Source of the DNA: Chiloscyllium plagiosum
Lineage: Eukaryota
DNA: 64,000 nt
Direction of reading: 5' to 3'
Assembly: GCF_004010195.1 (NCBI RefSeq)
Contig: NC_057750.1
Location: forward strand, 3,773,450 to 3,837,449
Part shown: one piece after another, positions 54,171-64,000 of the stretch
Numbering within the stretch: position 1 is the stretch's first letter
Layout of the letters: each line of letters opens with the position of its first letter
Program-made: the position numbers and the translations under genes
The notes under the pieces: generated by a model
The model's database searches: none
The model's input: only the letters and a program-made list of their open reading frames with translations
What the model was told of the DNA's origin: nothing

Positions 54171-57100
54171 GTAAAACATTGAATAACAATCATCGGATGA
54201 GGAAGGTTCAGGACATTGAGGCCTTCACAGCCTGAACTTCCAAACCTGAGACTTAATCTAAAATCCAGTTTTAATTTATGAAAGAATTACCAGGTTTTTG
54301 CAAAATTATTTTCAGTCAGACTGTTGCATAAACCAATTCTTTTCTCTTCCCCCCCCCCCCCATCATCAGAATATTTAGTTTTTCACCTTGCACCCAGTAA
54401 AATGACAGTCAAATTATAATTTTTTTATTGCAATTATGAGTGTTTATATCTGCCATTAGAAATGCTAGGACTGTGATTTAGAAAGCATAGCTTAAAAATA
54501 AATCGAAGAAAATATGCAATGCTGGAAATCTAAATTTTTAAAAATGCACATGTAGCTGGATAGGATTGGAAAAGAAATGCATTATTCATTTCACAGACAG
54601 CTTTCCATCTGCATTCTGGCCTGCTCTGGTAAGGATTTTGTAAACATGAAGGGCTGAATGGCCTTCTGCTGTATTTTAAATCTCTTAAGGATATGAACAG
54701 TATAATTCATGTGAAATATTATTATTCATAGGCTCACAAACACAAGATCTGTTACAAGATGTTCCAAAAGTGAGTGATCCTTCTGCAGACATTGTCACTC
54801 AGGAGGCCAGTGCACAGGTAGAAGGGATGTCCATAATCTCTACTGAGGATCATGTCTCACCAAGTGAGGTTGAGGAACAGATCAAATCCTCTGTTCCTAC
54901 CTCGCCACAGGAGATTGATGACGCTGCCAGACTGATGAATAAGTTCCATGACGAGCAGCAGGAAGATGCTATGAATGCTTCACTGAACAGCATGTTTCAT
55001 ACGATTGCCAGTAGCAAAGCACAGATCAAAAGCCAGCAGAAGGACGAGCCTGATCTTATGTATGACCAGAAATTGGATATCATCAAGGATCTTTTCTGGT
55101 GTAAGCCAGTGGTGTTCCTCGAACGTTTTCACAAAATCATCAAAGAAGAGCACCTTGTCTGTTTCAACCATTTGGCTGAAAACTACGAAGTTACTTTTTA
55201 CAGTAATGAAATTAGGAAGTCTTCCATGAAGAAAACTGCCCGAACAAATGTTCGCAACAAGAGGTACGCGGCCCTGCAGCAGCTGATTAAAGGTGATGTC
55301 TAACATGGTATTTGGTATTTTGTTTTCACCCCACTTTTAGGAAGCTGCTGCCTTTTGCTAGTGATAGTTTTTTTTTCCCCCTTGTACTTTCCCAAAATGT
55401 TGTCACACCAGACAATGAAAAATGAAAGAGTAATTCAGCCATGAACCACATCACATCTGTTTGCAATATGCTGAAAGCAAGATTTAGTTGAAATATTGTT
55501 ACCTTTGAGCTTTTAATTTGTTTGGATCAGGGTTTTTCTTACTAGAATTAGAATCCCTACTGTGTGGAAACAGGCCTTTTGGCCCAACTAGTCCAGACCG
55601 ATTCTTTGAACAGTATCCCACCAATACCCATTCCCCTACCTTTACCCCTGACTCATGCACCTAACCTACACATCCCTGAACACTATGGAGAATTTACCAT
55701 GGCCAATTCACCAGACTTACACATCTTTGTGATTGTGGGAGGAAACCGGAGCACCCAGAGAAAACCCATGCAGACACGAGGAGAACGTGCAAACTCCACA
55801 CAGATAGTCTCCTGAGGTTGGAATTTAACCTGGGACCCTGGAGCTGTGAGGCAGCAGTGCTAACCACTGAGACATTATTGCTGCCCCCTTACTGTTCCCT
55901 TAAAGGAGTTAATTGTGTTGGTCTATCAAAATTAACTTATCCCATCCCAATTAATCAAATCTTCACTTTCCAGTAGGAAAGTCTTAATGTTGGTTTAAGC
56001 TGGATGATATATTCTTTGTCCCATTAGTAATGTGACCCAACTCCAGCTGTGGCTGTGTTCAATCAAAGTTATGAACTTGTATTTATAAAGTACCTTTAAT
56101 GCAATTAGCAGTCCAAAGGTGTTTCACAGTAGCATTATAAAGCAATGTATGACACTCAGCAATATTAGGAGATATTAAATCAAATGACCAAAAACCTTGA
56201 CAAAGAGGTGGATTTTAGGGAGTATCTTGAAGGAGTAAAGTGAGGTATTGGGCCAGAGAGTTTAGGGAGGAAATTGCAGAGCTTGAGGCCAGGAAGCTGA
56301 ACACAACATATTTTGGAAGGTAATGGGGCTGAAGGAAGTTACAGACTAGGATGGGCACAGCCATGGAGAGATTTGAGAACAAAGACAAACATTTTAAAAT
56401 TAAATCTTGTTGATGAGGTTCCAGTGTAGATCAATCAATGATGGGGAACCAGGAATTTGTGCAATTTAAGGCACAAGCTGCAAAGTTTGAATGAGCTCAA
56501 GTTAATAGAGGAGAGAATCTGGGAGGCTCATCAGGAGTCATCGAGTCTAGAAGTAACAGAAGCATGGATGAGGGCAAAGGCAGCAGATGAGCTGCGGTAG
56601 GGTGAAGTCAAATGATGTTGCAGCGGAGAAAAAAATGTGGTCTTGGTTACAGCACAAATATAAGGCCAGGAGCTCCCTGATGGTTTGTGTAAAGCAGCAA
56701 ACGTTCCATATGATTAAGTATGGGCACTGACCCCACTCTTGCCCTTTCATGGTGCATATTGCTGGCATATTTCCCACAACTGGATGACCTGGTTTTGTGC
56801 CAGTGACATAATCCATGGAATCATAAAATCTCAACAGTGTGGAAACAGACCCTTCGGCCCAACAAGTCCACCCTGACCCTCCGAAGAGTAACCCACCCAG
56901 ACCCATTCTCCTACCCGATTACTTTACATTTACCCCTGACTAATTCACCTAACATACACATTGGGCAATTTGGCATGCCCAAATGTACCTAACCTGCACA
57001 TCTTTGGATTGTGGGAGGAAACCAGAGAACCTGGAGGAAACCCACGCAGACTTAGAGAATGTGCAAACTCCACACAGACAGTCGCCCAGGGCTGGAATCC

Positions 57101-60100
57101 GAACCCAGGTCCCTGGCGCTGGGAGGCAGCAGTGCTAACCACCATGCCACCAGGTCTTACTTCAAAAATCCTTTCAAAGAAATGTGAAGCCAAAGTGAAA
57201 TGTAACAGATAAAATTATCAAAGGTATTCAAGATACACAAATCTTCAGCTTGACCCATACATTTGCAACAGTATGTATCATGTGAATTTAATTTTTTTTT
57301 GGTTTTATACTTTCAAGTAAAGAACAAGTTCTGATGAAAAGATCCTAGGCCTGAAATGTTAACTCTTTCTCTTTCCATAGATATTGTCAATCCTGCTGGT
57401 GTTTCCACTATTTTCTGTTTTATTTCAGATTTTCAACATCCCCAGTATTCTGTTTTTGTGTTAATCTGTAAATAGTGCCATTGTTCAGAAGCTTGTTTTG
57501 TGTTTTTGTCGAGCATTAACATAGAGCACTGCCTGCTCCCTCTAATCCGTCTCATCAATATTTCTCACTCGAGCTTTTTGAGTGAGCTTGCTAGTTTTGT
57601 ATCAAACAATTGTAAGTTTTATTGTTGTAGGTTTGTATCCAGTAAAAACAGAGATTAAATTCCTTCTTTGTATTGACACCCTTGTTGTTAACAGAAAAAG
57701 GAAGAAATTTATCTCGTTCTGTGGGCTGGAATCAAAACTAAATGTCGAATGTGAGCACATGACGTTGTAGCTTCTTGTTTTATGTTGGCTCCTGTTTCAT
57801 GGTGATTTATAAATAATCTAATTGATTTAATCTATCCGGATAGTTCTCTTCATGCACTGTTAGAAACAGATTGTAATCCTTTCGTGTCTGACATCTCAAT
57901 TTTGATGTACTTTGTCTTTCCAATCTTGTTCTTTTAAAAAAATATATAACTTATCAGAACAGAAGAAAAAAATTAATTAATATATTCCTCCTCTCTATAT
58001 TTGTTTTATTGAATTGGCAGTGGTCTCACCCAAGAAACAAATTCACCTTTCCCAGTACTTGGTTATAACAAAAGAAGAGAAAGTGCTGGAAAATCTCAGC
58101 AAGTCTTGCAGCATCTGTAAGGAGAGAAAAGAGCTGACGTTTCGCGTCTAACTGACCCTTTGTCAAAGCTTTGACAAAGGGTCAGTTAGACTCGAAACAT
58201 CAGCTCTTTTCTCACCTTACAGGTGCTGCAAGACTTGCTGAGATTTTCCAGCATTTTCTCTTCTTTGGTTTCAGATTCCAGCATCAGCAGTAATTTGCTT
58301 TTATCTTTGGTTATAACAAGCTGCTAAAGGAAGAAATGGACAAATTTGTTTTCTTCTCTTCATAAATAACCACAGCAATTTCTTCCCACTTGCATTTTTC
58401 CTACGGTTTTAATTGCAGAACATTTCCTGCACAGAAGGGACTTGGATGGTCTGTTATGTATGCTGACTCATATAGCAGTCTAACAGTCCTGTTCCCTTGA
58501 GCTAGATAAATTCTTAAGTAACAAGTGAATCAGAGGATATTGTGGATAGGCAAGAATGTGGAGTTAAGGTCACAATCTCATTGAATGGACAGGCCTAAGG
58601 AGCTGAAGGGCTTGTTCATGCTCCTAGGTCATTTGTATCTCACCAAAACCCTGATATCTTCCTCTGTTTCAGTAACAACATGCATTAGAGAAACTAGAAG
58701 CAGACGAAGGCCATTCAACCCTTCAAGCCTGCTTCATCATTCAATATGATAATGGCTGGTGCTCAGTATCAATGCCATATTCTCTCCCCATACGCCTTGA
58801 TGCTTTTAAAATCCAAACATTTATGTATCCATTTCTTGAATATATTCACTGACTTGGCCTCCACAGCCTTCTGAGGTAGAATGTCCCAATCTTCTTTTGA
58901 GTGTAGAAGGTTTTCTCCATCTCAGTCTAAAATGGCCTATCCCATATCCTGAGACTGTAGCCTGGAAAAACATCCTTCCTGTGTCTAATTAGTCCAGCCA
59001 TGTTAGAGGTTTGTACATTCAGTCAGATCCCCTCTCATCCTTCTAAACTCTGAACATTTATGCTAACCTTGGTATCAGCCTAGTCAACCTCTTTCGCATT
59101 TCATCTATGGCAAGCATGCCCTTTCATGGGTGGGGAGACTAAACCTGCATGCAGTGCTCCCGATGCAATCTCTTCATGGCTATGGCTAACTGCAGTAAGA
59201 CATCCTGACTTTTGAACTAATTTCTCTTGCAGTGAAGGCCAATAACCATTTGCCTTCCCAGTTGCTTGTTGAATCTGCCTGTCTACTTTCATTCACTGGT
59301 GTACAAGGACATCCAGATCCCCTTGTACATCCCAATATATCACGATTTAAATAATGCTGTGCCTTTCAATTTTTCACACTGAGGTTCAGATTAGATTCCC
59401 TACAGTATGGAAACAGGCCCTTCAACCCAACCAGTCCACACCGACCCTCCAAAGAGTAACCCACCCAGACCTATTTCACTCTGACTAATGCACCTAACAC
59501 TATTGCGCAATTTAGCATGGCCAATTCACCTGACCTGCTCATCTTTGGACTGTGGGAGGAAACCAGAGCACCCGGAGGAAACCCACGCAGACGTGGGGAG
59601 AATATCTGTGTGGAGTTTGCACAGTCACCTGAGGCTGGAATCGAACCTGGGACCCTGGTGCTGTGGGCAACAGTGCTAATCACTGAGCCACCATGCCGCC
59701 AAATATCGCCTGAGGCTGGAATCACACCCAGGTCCCTGGCACTGTGAGGCACCAGTGCTAACCACTGAGCCACTTAACTTCATATAGCAATTCCTTTAAT
59801 GTCATAGATTGCTTTATTGTTCTTTACAAGGGTGATTATCAAACAAGATTTGACACTCGGCAATGCAAGGAGATACTAGGTGACCAAAAGATTTGGTCAA
59901 AGACGTAGGTTTTAAAGAGCTTTAAGGGGGAGAGAGGCAGAGGGTTTAAAGTGCTAATTCTAGAGCTTTAGAGTCTATGCAGCAGAAGGTACAACTGAGG
60001 CCAGTGAAGGAGCAATTATAATTAGGAATGTACCAGAGGGCAGAATTGGAAGAATGGAGATATCTTGAAGGGTTGTGGACCTGGAAGAAGTCTCAGCCCT

Positions 60101-63100
60101 TTATTTTTCGCTTAAAGATGCAATGGTCTATGCCTCAACTAATCTCTGCGACAAAACATCTCAATGCTTCAACAACCCTCTGACTAGAGAAATTTCTTGT
60201 AACCTCTCTTTCTTGTGATAATTTAAAATTGATTCATCCTTTATTGTCAATGACTCATTAGTCAGAAGAGAGAATTCTTTCCCAATGAAACCATTAAGTA
60301 ATTGAAGAAAAATCCATTACATTTCTTCTTGGCCTTCTGTACTCTGGAAAAAATTGTTAGAGTCTTTTTTTTAATCATCTTTCGCACCTTTCCTTGAGCA
60401 TTTCTGTGCCTAAATCAGGAGACTATTTCATCTACTTGTATATTTTCTCCTTTTCTGAAAGTTGGATTACCCTTACATTCAACAAATTAAATTACTTAAT
60501 AATTTTTGTGAGGACAATGATGATATATCTCGTATATGTTCTTATATGAGTTAATCATAACCTCTCTGATCTTGTATTTAATGTCTCTAGTTATGAAACC
60601 TACAATACTTTATGATTTATTAATGGCTCGCTCGACCTGTCCTGCCTCTGATACAGACTTATGTATACGTACACTAAGGTCTCTCAGCTCCTACGCACCA
60701 TTTAGAATAGTACCCCTTATTTTGTATCAAAGTCCATCACTATCCACTCTCTATATTGAGTTTCATTAGCCACTATTCTGTCCACACCACCAACTTGTTA
60801 ATATCTTTTGTGGTTCTACCTCAAGGCTTCCAGTTCTCTCACATTTCATGACACCCATAAATTTTAAAATTGTCCACTGCACAATGGGATCTTCTAAAAA
60901 ACAAGGGTCTCAATACCGATCTCTGGGGAATTCCACTAAAAAGGTTCTAATCTGAAAATTTTCTATTAGCTATTACTGTCTGTTTCCTACCCAACAGCCA
61001 GTTGTGTATTTACATTGCTACTATCCTTTTTTTCCTCACAGTGTAATGTATAACACTGTATCAAAAGCTTTTTGAAAGTCCATGTCGTAGACCACAGCTT
61101 TCCCCCTCATCAAACAATCGTCTCTGTCACCTCACAGTCCAACTTGCCTCTCACATATCCATGCTGACTCTTCCGAATCAATCTATGTTTTTCCATGTGA
61201 CTATTAATTCTATCATTAATATTTCTTCTATAAGTTTCCCCACTGCTGAAGTGAAACTGACTGGTCTGTAATTGCTGGGCTCATCTTTACCTCAATTTGA
61301 ACATAATGTTTACAATTCTCAAACCATCAGCACCACAGCTCCCCTCCGAATCCAGGGAAGATTAAAAAATTATTGCTGGAATTTCCAATCTCACTTCTTT
61401 CAATATCCTTGGATATATCTAACCCAGTCCTATTCCTTAAGAACTTAAAAGGCCGACAGCTTATCAATTTTAAACCCTTCTGATTGACGGATTTCCTCCT
61501 CTGTCACCAGGACTTAGACAGTATCTGTTTCACAGTTAAAGCTAGATGCAAAATACTCAGCCATATCATTCCTCTATATCCTTCCCACCAACTGATATTC
61601 TCTACATTACACTGAGCATCTTTCTTATTCTTTAGCTCAAGCCAAATCGATTCTGTTCTTGAACCTCTTGAAACATCATCCTTCTCCAGTATTGTGAAAC
61701 TCTCCTTAATCAAAAACACCATCCCTGCTCCTTTTTCCTCCGTTTTCTTTTCTGAACACATAATCAGGAATATTTAAAACACAGGTCTGTCCTTCCTTAA
61801 TCCAGGCATCCATTTCACCGCAACATCATCTTTATCCCACACTACAATCTGTGTCTTTAACTCCTCAATTTTATTATCTAAACTCCATACATTTATGTAT
61901 ATACAGTGTAACCCTGGCTTGACCAGTAAAAATCATCAGACCGCCCCCACTATCCTGCCTAAATATGTGACATTTAATTTTACATTCATAGAATTCATAA
62001 GACGTTCAAGTGGTATAACAGCCTAAATTGAGATTTTAATGTGGGGGTCTTGAACATTTTTGCAGCTTTCCTTTTAGATTGGATTACCTACGGTATGGAA
62101 ACAAGTCCACACCGACCCTCCGAACAGTAACGCACCCAGATCTATTCCCCTACATTTACCCCTGACTATTGTACCTAACACTGTTTAGCATGGCCAATTC
62201 ACCTAATCTGCACATCTTTGGATTGTGGGAGGAAACCAGAGCACCTGGAGGAAACCCACGCAGACACTGGGAGAATGTGCAAACTCCACATAGACAGTCG
62301 CCCGAGGTGGGAATTGAACCTGGGTCCCTGGCGCAGTGAGGCAGCAGTGCTAACCACTCAGCCACATTTTTGTCTCCTGAATGGAGAGGACAGACCTTGT
62401 GCTACTAGTGATGTCCATTACCTCAGGATGTCCCAAAGTGCTCTGCAGCCATTGAAGTACTTGTGGAGTTTTGCAAATCCAGTATCCAGTTTGTACACAG
62501 CAAGTTCCAACCACCAGCAGGGTAGTAAATAACCAGAGAATGAGTTTTATAGTGTCATTCAGTATGGAAACAGACCCTTTGGTCCAACTAGTCCATGCTA
62601 ACCATAATCCCAAACTAAACTCGTCCCACCTGCCTTCGCTTGACCCATATCCCTCCAAACATTTCTTATTCATGAACTTATCCAAACGTCTTTTAAATGT
62701 TGTAACTGTGGCCACATTCTCTGGATAGTCATTCCACACACAAACCACACACACAAAAAAATGGCCTCTCATGTCCTTTTTAAATATGCCCCTAGTCTTG
62801 AAATCCCCCACCCTAGAGAAAAGAAACCTGTCATTCACCTTATCTATACCTTATTTAGTGATGTTATTAAAGATTGGGGAGAACTCCCATGAACATCTTC
62901 AAAGTAGAACTTTGAAATCTTTTTTGTCCATCTGAGAGGGCAGACAGGACCTCATTTTAGTGTCTTATTCAACTGACAATGCCTCCAACAGTGCAGCACC
63001 TCCTCAGTGCTGTGTGTGCGTGAGAGTGAGCGAGCAAGCCTAGATTCTGTGTTGCACTTTCTCACGAATGTACCAATTGATGTCTTTGCTTTGTCTTTCC

Positions 63101-63352
63101 CTACAGATGGGGAATATTTCAGTGATGAGCAGATGCGAACTCGAGATCCTTTGCTGTACCAGCAGTACATTAGACAGTACATGACAGAGGAGGAGCTATT
63201 GGCTGAGAACAGCAAAAACCTGAGCAATGCCATGTGTTTGTCTGACCTGTTGATGAGCACTTATCAGGAGAAAATTGTCCAGGAAAGGCTACAGTGGCAA
63301 CAGGAAAGGGAAGATGCCTGTGTGGAAGAGGAAGAGGACGATGAGGAGGAAG
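54137..63352 (+). CDS. CCDC97: CCDC97, partial (3' end beyond the window): join(54137..54170,54732..55292,63107..63352,...)
   Basis: [23 protein letters not shown] and [22 protein letters not shown] followed by an acidic tract are CCDC97 hallmarks; phase-1 junctions fit. Confidence 0.9.
54732..55292 (+). CDS. CCDC97: CCDC97 exon 2
   Basis: Acceptor ttcatag|, open frame through [13 protein letters not shown], donor G|gtgatg. Confidence 0.88.
55543..55871 (-). mobile_element. HE1/V-SINE-type SINE
   Basis: Family consensus match. Confidence 0.85.
56817..57151 (-). mobile_element. HE1/V-SINE-type SINE
   Basis: Family consensus match. Confidence 0.85.
57327..57364 (+). ncRNA. Minimal hammerhead motif (family D), partly decayed
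   Basis: AGUU-CUGAUGA-AA-AGAUC cua GGCCU-GAAA-UGUU-AACU; 4-bp stem I AGUU/AACU. Confidence 0.5.
58072..58306. mobile_element. Fold-back Penelope-type insertion (family E): about 98-bp arms with no spacer, 13-bp TSD
   Basis: Palindrome axis AAG|CTT at 58168/58169; TSD ttggttataacaa at 58059-58071 and 58307-58319. Confidence 0.8.
58132..58205. ncRNA. Back-to-back pair of variant hammerhead motifs with U3-A8 core (family E), one on each strand
   Basis: + 58167-58205: AGCU-UUGACAA-A-GGGUC aguua GACUC-GAAA-C-AUC-AGCU; - 58170-58132: AGCU-UUGACAA-A-GGGUC aguua GACGC-GAAA-C-GUC-AGCU. Confidence 0.6.
58690..59370 (-). mobile_element. Degraded CR1-type LINE 3' fragment
   Basis: [15 protein letters not shown] remnant (59101..59292 -) and CR1 3' UTR motifs. 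Confidence 0.65.
59387..59773 (-). mobile_element. HE1/V-SINE-type SINE with duplicated tRNA head and an 18-bp micro-inversion
   Basis: Two heads (59625-59700, 59707-59773); 59605-59622 is inverted relative to other copies. Confidence 0.8.
60500..61900 (-). mobile_element. Highly degraded CR1-type LINE ORF2 fragments
   Basis: [12 protein letters not shown] (endonuclease region, 61504..61761 -); NYRPVS-like and DFQKAFD-like remnants. Confidence 0.6.
62075..62365 (-). mobile_element. HE1/V-SINE-type SINE
   Basis: Family consensus match. Confidence 0.85.
62555..62850 (-). mobile_element. CR1-type LINE 3' end
   Basis: [20 protein letters not shown] remnant. Confidence 0.7.
63107..63352 (+). 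CDS. CCDC97: CCDC97 exon 3 ([11 protein letters not shown]...EEEEDDEEE)
   Basis: Acceptor tctttccctacag|, donor G|gtacgt. Confidence 0.9.
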
Positions 63353-64000
63353 GTACGTTTCTGTCTCTCGGTTATTCTGCAGGATAACAAGACTGAACAT
63401 TAGAATGTCACTAACATTTTCTCTCTCCTTTTTCTACTGAAGTCAGGAACTGTTATTGCTTTCATAGTATCCAGCCCAAGAGGCCACTCATCATATGTTC
63501 AGTCCACATAAAACTGTTGACAGGCTATTTGAATGTGAGGATACTCCACATCACAGCATGATCCTATTTTTATTGAGGTTTCTTTGTTGAACAGCAACTG
63601 ACTCACTTTGAATTTTCATTCCTTAGATTTGGGGTATGAACATCAAATTGAGAGAAGCAAAGCATAATGATGGTATTACTAGAATAGTGTTTCAGACACC
63701 TGGACTAATGATCCAAAGACACTAGCTCAAACCACACTACTGCAGCATAAGGAGATTAAATTCCATGAATTATTTCTTTTATTTCACTCACGGGATATGG
63801 TTGTCACTGGCTGGGCCAGCCTTTACTGCCCATCCCTCAGCGTCTTACTGTGGGTTTGGAGTCATGTGTAGGCCACACCAGGTAAGGATGGCAGATTTCC
63901 ATCCCTAAAGGACATTGGTGAACCAGATGGGTTTTCTGGCAGTTGACAAGTTTCATCGTCAATATTAGACTCTTAATTCCAACTTTGTATTGAATTCAAA

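Noticed and set aside
54980-55306. - strand and alternative-frame ORFs over CCDC97 exon 2
   Set aside because: Shadows of the real coding exon.
128-62365. tRNA-like sequences (GGTGGCTCAGTGGTTAGCAC...GGTTCGATTCC)
   Set aside because: They are heads of HE1-type SINEs, continuous with SINE core and tail, not tRNA genes.
128-62365. Strand bias of HE1 SINEs (10 of 11 on -)
   Set aside because: Small sample; mostly explained by the usual antisense bias within the two + strand genes.
1-64000. CRISPR arrays, operons or prokaryotic systems
   Set aside because: Eukaryotic intron-exon DNA; no regularly spaced repeat-spacer structure seen.

Overview
Vertebrate genomic DNA, almost certainly from a shark: HE1/V-SINE-type SINEs, CR1/HER1-type LINEs and Penelope-like elements dominate. 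Three spliced protein-coding genes were reconstructed exon by exon with consistent splice phases. (1) A complete 8-exon DNAAF10/WDR92-like gene on + (5167..25999, about 361 aa) that looks unusually diverged and may be a second paralogue. (2) A complete SRSF5-like (srsf5a-type) SR splicing factor on - (CDS 46213..32026, 284 aa; non-coding exon 1 in a CpG island at about 47.4-48.3 kb) with several candidate poison exons. (3) The first three coding exons of CCDC97 on + (54137..63352; the gene continues past the window). The most striking non-genic signal is a set of minimal hammerhead-ribozyme motifs (CUGANGA-stem II-GAAA-palindromic stem III-NUH) carried by about six distinct Penelope-type terminal-repeat families. 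Their stems co-vary, and one family has a compensatory U3-A8 core pair. Many short copies are TSD-flanked insertions or fold-backs that end or invert at the hammerhead. Comparisons with known proteins and repeat families are from memory, not from searches.
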